Shown here: one piece after another, positions 38,116 through 57,254 of the stretch
Layout of the letters: each line of letters begins with the position of its first letter
Position numbering within the stretch: position 1 is the stretch's first letter
DNA from: Eledone cirrhosa
Lineage: Eukaryota
Assembly: GCA_964016885.1 (NCBI GenBank)
Contig: OZ024743.1
Span: forward strand, 369,706,001 to 369,770,000
Direction: 5' to 3'
DNA length: 64,000 nt
Made by a program: the position numbers and the translations under genes
The notes under the pieces: generated by a model
The model's database searches: none
What the model was told of the DNA's origin: nothing
Seen by the model: the letters and a program-made list of their open reading frames with translations, nothing else

Positions 38116-39639
38116 ATGCACACAATAACAGGGTAAATGTTTTCTACAATAAGGTTACCATTTTTTCTTATCTTTTCAATGACAAAAAAAAAATGTTGTT
38201 TTTGTAAATTTATTTAACTAGAAGAGAGTGAGCGATGGAGATGTCAGATCATTATCAATTATTTGGACATTTTGTTTCTTTTGAAAGTTATTGACTTATT
38301 ATCATCATCGTCATCATCATGAACCATTTTGATTAGCACAGTAATGACCGGAATGTAGAAACTGCCATAGCTTATTCTTGCATATCCTAAGTTTATCAAC
38401 CAGTGCTCAATTTCTGATAGATTTATTAACATTTTATCTGTTTATGAGAACAAAAGCAACAGGCATCCCTCACTCTGCTGAGAAAGAAAAAGAAAGATGT
38501 ACGAAAGAAATCTTGCCAATATTCTTCTAAAACAAAATTCCTTTATGTTGCAATCTCATGGTAGGATGTTGGATCTTGGTTGAGCTTCCATTGTCAACCA
38601 AACGAAAGTAGTACCTTAAATAAACCATTTGTTGAGTCATTTTATTAATAGAGGCTCCTCTGTTTTAAATTAAGTTTTTGTAGTCATTAAATTCCTTGTT
38701 TGTTTGGTCTGCAGTGGTCTGGATGTGTCCAGTGTGTGTGGGTGTGTGTCTGTCTGTATATCTGAAGTGACAAATCTTTGAGATAATCGGGCTCTTGTCT
38801 TACATGAAACATTATATCAAACATATGTTTTATAAGCTCAGAAACCATATATGCATTCAAAAAGTCTTTTGTTTGCTTGCATTATTAATTACCATACATT
38901 TTGGTTCACATTTGATATTTTTATAGATCATGCTTTTTTTTTTAAATTCTTTTGGTAATCTCCAAGAGAAATCAGTAGAACAAATTTGTGTGTGTGTATG
39001 TATGTATGTATGTATGTGCATTTCTCTTGATGGAATTCTATATTTTTTATTATAAGTTCTACTATTGTCTCACTAACTCAGCAAAAACATTAAAACACAC
39101 AGCATATATAAGCTGTGTGTTGGCTTAATGAAACTAATTAACCTCACCTTTTTTTTACTTTCTAATATATATATTTTTTTTTTGTTATAATCTTTCTCTC
39201 AATCCTCCAGCCCCTGCCACAAACAGTACCAATCTGTTTATTTTATATCCAGCCCCACCACCATTTTGTGTTGCCAGCCACTCACCAGCAGTTAAAAAAA
39301 AATTAAAATAAAAAATATCAAATATATAGGGGTTATATCTTTTATTTTATTTTCGTCTGTTTTTGTTTTTGTTTTTATTTGTTTTTTTGTTTTGTTTTGT
39401 TTTTTTTTTTCATTTAAAAAAAAAATGTTTCTTTTTAAAAATTAATTCAAAATATATTTGTTTTATTTTCACATTCATTTACCATTAATCCATGCATTAT
39501 ACAGTGAGTGAAAAGTGAAAAATAAAGGGAAGGGAAAAATAAAAATCTCCACTTGTTTTGTTCCTTTCAAGCTTTGATTTGGCATTTTCTAATAATGCCT
39601 TATCTTATTTTTCACTCTCTTAATGGAATGATTGAACAA

Positions 39640-39890
39640 TAAATAACAAAGTATACTGACTTGAAGATTGGAATTGCAATAATGTGGTCAATACCACTCA
39701 ACAAGATAATTTCAGTTGTCATCAGAGCTTTGGTCTCGATATCACTAAAATTGCTCTCTTAGAAAAGACTGTCCTGTTGGGCACTGCACATATACTCAGG
39801 AAAGTACTGTTTGTTTAAGTTCCTTGTTGAGACTCAACAGGCAGTAGAAAATCAAGTAATTATATTTACTGTTCAAATTATTATTATTAT
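39640..39890 (+). mobile_element. R4/Dong-like LINE 3' fragment
   Basis: KYTDLKIGIAIMW...LEKTVLLGTAHILRKVL. Confidence 0.65.
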
Positions 39891-41981
39891 TTCTCAGTAT
39901 TTTAAGGAAATGCACTGAATCAATTTGATTTATTCTCTTTAAAGTTATTTTTTCTTTTGTAAATATTTACATTTATTCCTCACTTACAAACTCTTTTCAC
40001 CCCCCCCCCCCCATTGCTTTCTCTTTCTCATACACACATAATATCTACCAGATAAGCAATATTGAATAGCATTAATCAGATTATTTCATTGAGCTTTAAA
40101 ATATCTGTGTATTGCTTGACAAAATAGTTTATTTCCCCTTCATCTTGTCTAATTCTTTTTTTTTTCTCTTTATCTACCATAATTATTATTGATTATGATA
40201 TTGCAATCCTTGAAATGTTTGTGGGAAAATTTATCAATAATAATTCCAATAATTAAATCTTAATGTCCTGTACTACATAAAATTGCAATAGCAAGATATT
40301 CATGAACTCTGTAATGTACGAGGGATAAATCTGAGTATGTAATTAACCATCAACCATGCATACAACATTATTTTCAGCATAATTTACATAAAATATTGAA
40401 GTCTTTATCCTAATACTACAAATTTTCACAATGATCTGTCCACATGTTAAGTTATTATAAACCAGCTTTTAGATATTTTCTGCTAGATAATTACAGGATG
40501 TTAAAAGTTAAGACATGTTGCCATGTTCATTTTTAACTGAGCTTATGTAACAACTATAACTTTTTTAGTGTTCTGCTTTGATAATCTTCTTTGGGACAAG
40601 AAATTGAGGGAAAATAGTGGGTAAGAGTGAAAAGACTTCTTTTGTTTATTTACACACGTGTTGTGTGTGTAACAGTTAAGATTTTTATGGTAAGCTTAAA
40701 CATTATATTGAAGATAAATATGATAGAAAAAAGTTGAGAGTACCATCTGCTGCAAACAGATCATACACATTAGAGGAAGCTATATTTATGTGTGTGTGTG
40801 TGTGTGTGTGTGTATAATAAATATTCCAGCTAGATCATCAAATTAAAAATTAAGCTAATTTTAATCAATGATTTATTTAAAAACTGTATAATTGATTATT
40901 TTAGTAAAAAAATAAAAGCTATATGAAAGAATACAGATAAAGCAATAACTGACTGCAAGTATTTTTGGAGCCTATTTATTTGATTTTGGTTGCTATACCT
41001 TAAATTTTAAAATATTAGTCCTTAAAGGAATTAATTACCTTACCTTTCTATCCTACCATATATTTGCCAGCAAAAATATATTAAATATGTTGTGTAATTT
41101 ACAATGATTATCTTAGAATAATTGCTGAAGTGGCTTTCCAGAGTAATCCTCAAATATATGTGGTTGGCTAGACAATACTTCAATATATGTGGCTTGCTAA
41201 AACTATCCTAAATATATGATCATTTGTGTTTTCTTTTTAATCATTTATCTAACAATTGCGATATCTACACACACAGACATTCTTATGTATGCATTACATA
41301 CACACAGCCAGTGGATTGGCAGAATTGGAAGAGCATTTGATAAAATTTCATTGCAGCATTTGTTCTAAGGTCAAATCCTGCCAAGGTCAACTTTGCATTT
41401 TGTCCTTCCCAGGTCAATAAAATAAAGTACCAGTAAAGTACAGGAGTCAATATAGTCAACTTTCCCCTTCCCACAAATTGCTGGCCATATGCCTAAATTG
41501 GAAAACATTATATAAACTGTTGTATTTAGAGCAAATATCTTCTACCATGGCCTCAAGGTTGATTCAAGCTTTGTAAGTGAAATTGGATTGACAGAAACTC
41601 TGTAGAAGCAAGCCATCACATGGGCTGTAACTGTAATTGAAAGACCAGCTTTGCCATCCACCTTGTCAGGCTGATTCTGTCTGGCGATTATGTTATCGGT
41701 ATGCATGTTTGTAGAATAGTCAATCACTTAGACACTAATGCATCTTAATCAGTCAATGAACTAGTATATTCATTATCGAAAAGAAAGGAATATCCATTGA
41801 CTTTATATTTGCAAATACATGTCAATATTTTGGTAGTGTTTGAAATACAATATTATACTTAGAAATAAACATTCTTTTATTAATATTTCATCTAAACAAT
41901 GAATCACATATGCCTTCAGTTTAAGGCATGAATTGTTTTTTGTTAAATTTTCAATATTATTATAAAACTGTGTTGTTATTA

Positions 41982-42069
<88 letters not shown>

Positions 42070-44292
42070 CATTTTATTTGGGATTTTGCTTTAAAGCTTT
42101 TGATTGTGGAAGAATATTTTGATGGATTTTTATTTTTAAAAATGAGGAATGAGTAGTGTTTTAAAGAGGGAGCCTTTAGTAAATAAATAATGTTCTCTGA
42201 TATTTATTTGAATTAAAAAACAAACAGCCACATACATTATTCCCTTCTTATTTCTAATATTTTAGTTGTTCTTTAGCCCTATATCAGTTCTGCTTGAAGA
42301 GACTAATGATCAAAGATGTTCCAGCCATGTCCATCCTGTTTCTCTTTCTCATATTATTGGGGGCAAGGTTTTAGGGAGATTCAGTTCCTATTTCTATCAG
42401 GTCAAGCAACTACATAAAGGTCCCTCATTAACTTGGAAGTTGGGTGTTATTTTTGTTTTTTACTTTTTAGAAAACATTACTCATTCTGTGACATTAATTT
42501 AATTGTGAAGGAGTGACATTGAACTCAACATTGTTAAATTTTAAATAATTTCTTGATCAGAACTAAAAAAATTACTTATCATTTGTAGGATATATTTTTA
42601 GAATTATTCCACAATTTAAAATCTAGTATGTTAAATTGTTAGATATTCACATTTGTTATAACCTATATAGCATCTTCCCCAGTGAAACAAAGGTATATAG
42701 TATATACTGGAATGATTAGGGGTGATGGATATTATGAAGTTTAGAAACAGTGCAGAAAACGTTATATATCATCATCATCATCATCATCATCAGCGTTTAA
42801 CGTCAATTTTTCCACGCTTGTGTGGGTTAGGCAGGTCGTCCACGCTGAGAGGCATGTCTGGCCAAGGTTGATGATGTGTTGCACCTTGCTCCGGTGAGGA
42901 CTGTAAATTTGGCTAGGTATTTTACAGCTGGATGCCCTTCCTAACACCAACCACATTTACAGTGTGGAACTTCATGGCTCCATTAAGACAAGGGACAGGC
43001 CAGTTGGCTGGGTCAAACCTATCTCACAATGGAACCGTATTTTCAGAGCCCAACACTTTGGAGCCCGGTATTGGATGGCTCCGATACGAGTAGCCTAATT
43101 CATTTCACAGCGTAGCCACAGTTTAGGGACCCGGTACTGGGTGGCATCGCTATGATAAGGGGTAGCCAGTCGACCACGCAAAACCCATCACACAGCGATA
43201 CCACAGTTTTGGGGCCTGGTACTCGATAACATGGCTATGAGGAGGGACAGGTGCAAAACCATAGTTTGGGAGCCAGGCATTGGATGGCATCACTATGCAA
43301 AGGGACCAGTGATACCATGAACAGGGACATACCAGCTGGCCATGTCAAATGCTTCTCACAGCAGCACCCCAGTTTCGGAGCTCGGCACTCTCCATGCGAC
43401 AGATACTTCTCAATACCAAACTGGACTCTGGCAGACTGGGACTGGATGGCACTGCTATGAGGAGGGACAGGCCAGTTGGCCGCACCGAACCCCTCTCACA
43501 AAGGTACCCCAGTTTCGGAACAGGGCAAACTCTATGCAACAAACCCTTCTCAATACGAAACCACATGTAACACAACTATAAGGAGAGACAGGCCAGTTGG
43601 CTGCACTGAACCCTTTTCACAGTGGCACCCCAGTTTTGAAGCCAGACACTTTCCATGCAATGAATCCTTCTTGATATGAAGCCAGATTGTGTGAGCCTGG
43701 GACTAAGTGGTACTATTATGAAGAAAGACAAAGGTGGATCCTCATTTCAGGTGTTGGATGCTGCAAGGGCTGGGCGTTTCCATCGTGACTTTGTTTATTA
43801 TGAATATTATTTTCCAGTCAGTGTTATTTGGCATGTGTGTGTGGGGGGGAGGTGGTGCAGTTAGGTTTCCAAGATGGCATTCTACTTTTTCATTGGACTG
43901 TGCTATGGTGGTGGGTGGGAAAAATGTTTCATAAGAGATCAGGATGCTAAGATTATTAAAGGGATATTAAAAAAATATTTGGAATAAAAGATCAGGATGA
44001 TAAGTTTGTTAATGGGATATTTAAAAGAAACTTAGCATAGAAAATTTGTCTCACCAAGACGCTGCTAAATAAAAATCAATCTAATAAATTAAATATTAAT
44101 ATTATAGCTAAAATAATCCATGAGATAGATCTTAAGGGTAAGAGACAGCCAATAATGTCTGGCTTAAGAGCTATGTGTTATACATCACAGAGGTGTACAA
44201 AGTGAATATTAAAGTTTGTTAAAGCACATTTAAAAAATTTAGGAAATTAAGATCAGGATGCTAAGAAGTATTCATAAGTATATATTTATTTA

Positions 44293-44700
44293 CAATAATC
44301 CCCGCTATATCGCAGTTCACTTTTCCCAGTCCTGCTACATCACAGATTTTTCTGTGGAACGTATCTAATTTTCTATCACGGTAATCCTCGCTACATTGCG
44401 TATTTTTCGTTAAAACATATCTATTTCCTTATCGCAGTATGATCATCTGAACAAAAAGTGTTAAAATTTAAACTTATTAAATCAAATTTGATGTGATTGA
44501 GGTGTATAGCATAAGGAAGGGACAACTTAAGGCTTTAACTTTCAAAAAATGTTTTTATTTTTCATCTCATTACAGTTTTACTGATTGTGTTTTTCTCTAA
44601 TCTAATACAAATCCTTCATAGATTGATGGAAGATTTGCAGTATATTGCTAGGCGGTAATAATTAAAGCATGTAGGAGAGGTATTTTAAGGCTTAAACTTT
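44293..44700. mobile_element. Tigger/pogo-like DNA transposon end
   Basis: ta|caataatccccgctatatcgc resembles Tigger-type terminal inverted repeats; the other end is not seen. Confidence 0.45.
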
Positions 44701-44705
44701 ATATG

Positions 44706-44750
<45 letters not shown>

Positions 44751-45185
44751 GTGTGTATTATGCATTTGCTATCGAATACTTGCTAACATTATATGATTAC
44801 GGAAGCAGCGATACATAGGTATTCCGTCTGTTACAGAAACATATGTCAATACCTAATAAATTCCTTTTTAAAAAAAGCACTTTCATTTTATATTCATCCT
44901 TTCTATATGTATCATCATCATCATCATCATCAACGTTTAACGTCCGTGTTCCATGCTTGCATGGGTTTGGACGGGGGTAGTCCCACTTGAGGCAAGAGTG
45001 ATTTTCTTGCTCGCATAGGACTGTCTGGCAGGTTTTCTACAGTTGGATGCCCTTCCTAACACCAACCACATTTACAGTGTGTATATGTATATATATATAT
45101 ATATATGTATATATGCATATATGTGTATATGTATATATGCATATACGTGTATATGTATATATGCATATATGTGTATATATATATA

Positions 45186-45576
45186 TATATTAATAAGAGG
45201 AATTCCAACTTTGTCTGATTTACTCGTTTTATTTACAATCCTTTAAAATTTATAATGGTATTATAATGAAATAGTATGATAGAATATTAAATTCTAAGTG
45301 TTAATTGAACAAGTACGTTCATGCTTTCGCAATCTTCAGGTTCATAATATGTGGTGACAATCAAGTTTGCAATTTTCAACAGTTGAAAATTGCAAACTTG
45401 ACTGTCACCACATATTATGAACCTGAAGATTGCGAAAGCATGAACGTACTTGTTCAATTAACACTTAGAATTTAATATTCTATCATACTATTTCATTATA
45501 ATACCATTATAAATTTTAAAGGATTGTAAATAAAACGAGTAAATCAGACAAAGTTGGAATTCCTCTTATTAATATA
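45186..45576. repeat. Near-perfect ~390-bp palindrome with a 1-nt spacer at 45381
   Basis: Arms of ~195 bp with one mismatch seen. Same family as 1594-1822; the right arm extends to ~45612 as the reverse complement of 1594-1635. Confidence 0.93.
45418..45456 (+). ncRNA. Hammerhead-like motif (GAAC variant), right arm of palindrome
   Basis: TGAAC CTGAAGA TTGCGAAAGCAT GAAC GTAC TT GTTCA; mirror copy on the minus strand at 45306-45344. Confidence 0.65.
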
Positions 45577-45603
45577 ATCTTCTATACACAATCATACACA
45601 CCC

Positions 45604-51213
<5,610 letters not shown>

Positions 51214-51705
51214 CAGGAGCTTCTACAGGACTAGTACTGTTTCATTCAGATGAAATCTTCAGGAAGCTTGGTGTCATATTAAGTTCTGGTATTTATACAT
51301 TTAGGTAGTGGTAAGGGAGGGGTGGTGGATTGGGGGGGGGGGAATGTCTGGTCGGCTGACCATGCCTTGCTCATACAGGAACTTATTTGGCTTGATTTCT
51401 ACAGCTGGATGCCCTTCCTAACACCAACCTCATTTACAGTGAGTGCTGGGTGCTTTTTCGTGACGCCTACACGTCCACTTTACAGTGTGGGCAAGGTGTT
51501 TTTTTGCCGTGGCACCTCCACGACCACCTTGCAGTGGGGGGTGTGGGGGCATATTGTCTATATGCTTCAGCTTGTACCCATGGGAGGTCGGGTACTCTGT
51601 ATTACTGCGTGACGCCAGAGGTCACGGTCGTGTGTCATTGTATATATATATATATATACAATTCAATATATTAATAAATGGAAACTATATTTATAAAATC
51701 ATAAT

Positions 51706-51769
51706 TATTTTATTATATATATTTCAATGCGACCAAGCCAATCTTGGTGTGCTTTCATCAGATAAAATA
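51706..51769 (-). ncRNA. Type-I hammerhead motif (inverted partner)
   Basis: Minus strand reads TATTTTAT CTGATGA aagcacaccaagattggcttggtcgcatt GAAA TATATA TA ATAAAATA. Confidence 0.8.
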
Positions 51770-51855
51770 CAAAAAGTTTGTTTTATAAATAGTTAAATAA
51801 CCATCGAAAACAACCTTGACGGTTGAAAATTCGCTGGATTAAAACAAACTTTTTG

Positions 51856-51920
51856 TATTTTATCTGATGAAAACGCACCAAGATTGGCTTGGTCGCCCTT
51901 GAAATATATATAATAAAATA
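51856..51920 (+). ncRNA. Type-I hammerhead motif with long stem II
   Basis: TATTTTAT-CTGATGA-aaacgc ACCAAG attgg CTTGGT cgccctt-GAAA TATATA TA-ATAAAATA: 8-bp stem I, palindromic stem/loop III. Confidence 0.8.
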
Positions 51921-52784
51921 ATTATGGTTTTATAAATATTGAATATTTACTCTAGTAATTGTTGAGTGCTCTATATCAGTTATAAACTTTTAAGTTTGTT
52001 TGAATCCCAACAAATTAAATATAACTTCTACATATATGTATATATATATATGTATATATCATAAAACATGTCTTCAGAATCACTAGATAAAATATATACC
52101 GTTTCCTCTCTCAATTAGCATAATTAACCATATAAAAAATCAATTAGACCAAGCCATAAGAATAAAGGCTCCTATGAAGAAATCTCCGACAAATAACCGA
52201 AAGCAACCCCTTCGCGGCGGTTACGACGGGGTATTTATCGAACATTTCGACATCATGTATAAATCGACCAGATATACAGTCAACTAAACACAATTAGGTG
52301 TAAAATAAACTTAGAAGAAATGTGTACATATTTAATTACCTCTACCATGGTTTCATCCGTATTTTAAGACATCCGATAACATGGGGATATCCAGAGCTTC
52401 AGATTCATCAAGAGTTAGCTCAAAATTAGACAATTAATTTTCCAAAGTGATCATGCGAAGAATACTTTCAAAAATGGCTAGGAATCGTGACGTGGCAGCG
52501 GTCAAGTTAGAAAGGATGTGATTAGTTGCTTACAGCTGGTAGGCTTATTGCTAGAAAGCACAGCCCAATACAGCCAAATTGAATCTCAACCTAACGGGAG
52601 ATTATTACATATAAAGGTTTACATATATATAAAGTCATAGATATATATGTGTTTTGCAACGGGTCACGTTGTGGCTCAATGAAGAATTAATAAATTAAAT
52701 AATCAGAGCTATATATCATAAAACATGTCTTATATATATACGTATATATATATGTCTATATATATATATGTATATAGATATATG

Positions 52785-52893
<109 letters not shown>

Positions 52894-53096
52894 GAGTGGT
52901 GGGTGCTTTTTTTCTGTGGCACCTCCACAACCACTGCAGGTATTTAATTGTAAAAGACTATTTTGAGTTTCCAACTCAATCTATGATATGTATATATATA
53001 TGTCATATATATATATTCAGAAATAGTCGTCGAACCGGCTTGCGCTCTGCCGTCGGGGTCTTGAACATTTTCCCATATATATTCCTATATATATAT

Positions 53097-53144
<48 letters not shown>

Positions 53145-53201
53145 GGTCGTTTTGGAAGCCTCAACAATGCAGATGGATAAATTTCCGGGTAACAGAATCA
53201 G

Positions 53202-53235
<34 letters not shown>

Positions 53236-53329
53236 TGTAAGAGGAAATGTAGAATGAGCCGTAGAGGGTGCAGAGGAACGTAGGAAAGAGTGTAAAAATA
53301 ATAACACGAGATAGAGTTACCTTGGAAGT

Positions 53330-54610
53330 GATTTAATTGTCCCTATATTTCGGATTTTGCATCCATCAACGGAGTGTTTTCCGAGGGGGCAAGTTTTTGG
53401 TTGGTGATGAACAACATGTGGCCTCTGTTGTCTATCGTGTGTGTACAACTGAACTAATCTGTAGGGTGTGCGGAATAGCTGCAGTCAGACAAAGGTCGAG
53501 GCAGTTCTTCTGTACTAGAGTTGTGGGATGGTGATGTGTCAGTGTGTACGCATCTTCGCTGTCAATTTCTTATATTCAGTCTTCAATACTGACAGGTGTG
53601 GTGTTGTATTGGTAGTCTGCCTGATTGTTGTTTGTAGGTCGTTGGATGGTAGACACGCTATACACACAATAACAATCTTTCGATTGCTACTGTGTGTGCT
53701 TGTGTTGTTGTTGTTTCGTTTGTTTACACCAGCCATCTCGTCTCCTCTCGGATTGGTTATTTATTTGTGGTCCAAGGCGTTTGATCCAAAGTGCTTCCTT
53801 GATTCTTAAAGTGCCGATGTTGCGTTCTGTCGCTAACACTGTGACAATGGGCCTTCTGTCTTTGTTTTCGCATTTGGTTATATGTTTCCGGAAAGACGAG
53901 GCCCTGGATATGTAGTGGCCGGATGGTGCTACCGATGTAGAAGTCATTGCACTTGTCACATTCTACCTTGTGTACGACGTACGTGTGTAAGCAACAGTTC
54001 GTTTGGCGCATCGGACAGTTGCTGAGGGAACATGCGTCAACCAATTTCTCAGGTTTCCTGGAGAGGCATCTCTGTAGGGAAGGGCCTGAGTGGGCCAAGT
54101 GGATGTCGAGGGCCTCCCTCCGTATGGCCTGCGGATAACATTGGTGATTTTCTCACCCAGGTGTGGGATTTTAAGGAAGCACTTGCCTTGGGTGTTTCTC
54201 TGCCTCTTGCGTCTGGTGTCTCTTTCTCTGCTTGTAAATGATGCTGGGTATCCGTTCGTCTTCAGCATCCTGAGGAACTGCTTGGTATGGGCGATACCAC
54301 TCACGGGATCGCTGCATCTTTTTTTAAATCATGTGATCTCATTTGTGATGTACCCTCTTTTAGCACTGTTAGGGAGGGCAGATTTGTAGTGGACGAACAA
54401 GTCCCTGCAGGCTGCCTTGCGGTAGAAGTTGGTGTTGATCCCTTCTTGCTCCGTGATGTTGATTCGGACGCCGAGGAGGGCAAGGGACCCATCGTCGATG
54501 GGGTGTTCAACACTGAAGTCAATATTCTCGTCTGTGATGCTGAACGTCTCGTAAATCCCATTCGGCATCTCCAGGGAAGATGTGAGAATGAGTATGTTGT
54601 CCACGTATCT
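53330..54610 (-). mobile_element. Second Penelope-like element, 5'-truncated and frameshifted
   Basis: Minus strand gives RYVDNILIL...NFYRKAACRDLFVHYKSALP (RT C-terminus/thumb), YVVHKVECDKCNDFYIGSTIRPLH and IKEALWIKRLGPQINNQSE (GIY-YIG). Confidence 0.9.
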
Positions 54611-54718
54611 TGAGAAGATATATATTCATATACATATATTTATATATATATTCATATACATATATATACATATGTTCATATACATATGTATATATGTATT
54701 CATATACATATATTTATA

Positions 54719-55925
54719 TATCATCATCACCGTTTTACGTCCGTTCTTCCACGCTAGCATGGGTTAGACGGGTTGTCCTGTTGTGGGCAGTGTCTGGTCG
54801 GCTGACCATGCCTTGCTCATACAGGAACTGATTTGGCTTGATTTCTACAGCTGGATGCCCTTCCTAACACCAACCTCATTTAAAGTGAGTGCTGGGTGCT
54901 TTTTCGTGGCGCCTACACGTCCACTTTACAGTGTGGGCTGGGTGCTTTTTTGCCGTGGCACCTCCACGACCACCTTGCAGTGGGGGGTGTGGGGGCATAT
55001 TGTCTATATGCTTCAGCTTGTACCCATGGGAGGTCGGGTCTCTGTATTACTGCGTGACGCCAGAGGTCACGGTCGTGTGTCATCGCCTTTGAGAGGTGTA
55101 ATTGGGTAAGGTCGGCTTTTATCACCTCATCCCAGGTCATCTTGGGTCTCCCCACTCCGCGGTTTCCATCGACTTCTAGTGCTCTGCACCTTTTTATGCA
55201 GATGTCATCCTTCATACGCATCACATGTCCATACGAACGCAACCGCCTCTCCTGCACACAGCATTTGCTTCCTCTTATGCTTAGTCTCTCTCTCAATTCA
55301 TTTATGCTTTGTCGTTCACGTATATTACTATTACACATCCATCGGAGCAGGCTTCGTTTCTCTCTAATCTACGTAAGTCTTCCACCTTCATCGCCCAGGT
55401 CTCACTACCATGCAACATCGCTGTTCGGATACACGCATCATACAGTCTGCCTTTCATTCTGAGGGAGAAGCCTTTTGCAGCTAGCAGTGGTAGTAGTTCC
55501 CTAAACTTCTTCCATCCCGTTCTTACCCTAGTTATTGTACTTTCTGAACACCCACCTCCGCTGCTAATTCGGTTACCTAGGTAGCAGAAGCTGTCTACTG
55601 TTTCTACAGAGCCCTCCCAGAGATTGGTGGTACTTGTTTCCTGTGGCAGTTTGCTGCTTGCTGTCCCAGCACAGCTGCTGAATGTGAAGCCTACATTCTT
55701 AATTAAGCTTCCTGAGATCCCGCTACATCTCTTGTGTACCCATTGTTTGCATTTGGGGCAGAGAATGGAGTTCCTACCTACACCTTTCCTACATACTGAG
55801 CAAGGCCATTTCCCTGGGATCTGGGTTCTGTTTTCTCGTCTACTTACAAGGACCTTAGTCTTTGTCATGTTGACTTTGAGACCCTTTCTTTCTAGTCCCT
55901 GCTTCCAAGTTTGGAATTTCTTCTC
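54719..55925 (-). mobile_element. RTE-clade LINE 3' part with (GAT)n tail
   Basis: MTKTKVL...GKWPCSVCRKGVGRNSILCPKCKQWVHKRCSG...LYDACIRTAMLHGSETW...RRLRSYGHVMR. Near-identical 3' ends occur at 11268-11478 and 51345-51636. Confidence 0.92.
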
Positions 55926-55974
55926 TATGTATATATATATATGTATATATGTATATATATATATGTATAGGTAT

Positions 55975-57163
55975 ATGTTTCAGTACCCAGTCTTAGTGAT
56001 GTAGCAGCTTCTTGCTGGGCTAAAGCCATGCTGTGTACTAGTCAGGCGGTTATTTTCCTCGAGGAAAGTGATCAGTTTCTTTCTGATGACTTGCTCCATG
56101 ACCTTACTGATATGTGACGTCAGGGAGATTGGCCTATAGTTTTTGGCCTCCGCTCTGCTACCTCATTTATGGATAGGACATATTGTGCCTTCTTTCAGCT
56201 CCCTGGGTAGTCTACCGCTAGCCAAGGAGCTTCTGAAGAGCGTCGTTTGTGGAGTTGCTAAGGCCCGCTTACATGTTTTTAAGAGGACTGCTGGGAATCC
56301 ATCAGGTTCAGGAGCTGAGTTTGTTCTAATTTCATCTATGGCTTTTACTACATCCTCCTCCATTATGTCTATGTGGTTGATGGTCGCCATTTCTTCATGG
56401 AGTGTTGTGGCATCAAAGAACTCCTCTGGCTTCGTTATTTGCATGTGCCCCAGTGGACATGTGAACACACTTTTGTACTGTTCGTTCAGTATTTCACTTA
56501 TCTCTTGGGGATTCTCGGTTAATGAACCATCTTTATGGAAGAGTGGCCCAATCTTGCAGTGTACTGAGGCAGTCTCTTTTGCAAATTTAAAGGCCTTAGG
56601 GTTTGTTTTAACATTTTCTATGGCCCTGATTTCTCTCTTTGCCCTCTCTTTTCATGGGAAAGTTTGAGTGCAATCTCGATGTCAAGTAGTGCACGTTTCA
56701 AATAGGATTCCTTCTTGTTTTTGTTTTTTTGTTGTGCATTCAACTGGTTTGAGAGCTTAGTTCTACATCTCATAAGGATTTTCCTGTCTCTGGGAATAAG
56801 CTTTTTGTGTCTGTTAGCCTTTTTCTCCGGGACAAACTTTTGGCATATAGTTTGTATTGTTGTCATGAAGTGTTGGTATCTTGTGTGGTGATGTCGCTCC
56901 GGATTTCTTTCTTGATCCAGTTAGCCATGTAGAAGTTAAGGCTGGATAAGTTCCCGGCGCTTCTTAATGGTTGTGTCTCTGTTGACTCTCTCGGACCACA
57001 TATCATTAGTTCTACTAAGTTATGATCCAAGAAAATCGTTGGTGTGGATGAGCACTGCGTTGTTTGTAAAACAGAGATCCAGGACATTCTCGCCTCTTGT
57101 TGGGAGGAGTACTGCTTGTTCCATGAACAGCCTGTGTGTGAGGGCCAGCAGGGACTCTTGTAC
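55975..57163 (-). mobile_element. CR1/L2-like LINE fragment
   Basis: NSAPEPDGFPAVLLK...ICPIHK...NYRPISLTSHISKVMEQVIRKKLITFLEENNRLTSTQHGF. Confidence 0.85.
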
Positions 57164-57165
57164 TC

Positions 57166-57209
<44 letters not shown>

Positions 57210-57254
57210 TCATATGTGCCGGGTGGCTTGAATCTCCGAAAAGGAACCTAAGCA

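Larger units (their letters stand above)
36955..40916 (+). other. Probable long 3' UTR of the nuclear receptor (end uncertain)
   Basis: About 4 kb of U/A-rich, relatively transposon-poor sequence after the stop. Candidate AATAAA near 39638 and 40911. The true end cannot be determined from sequence. Confidence 0.4.
51686..51941. repeat. Inverted repeat (~100-bp arms, ~55-bp spacer) carrying hammerheads
   Basis: 51686-51785 is the reverse complement of 51840-51941. Confidence 0.88.

Noticed and set aside
53340-53376. Hammerhead in the 3' region of the second Penelope element
   Set aside because: The minus strand has GGAT-gcaaa-ATCC-GAAATATA, but the upstream core is too degenerate to call.
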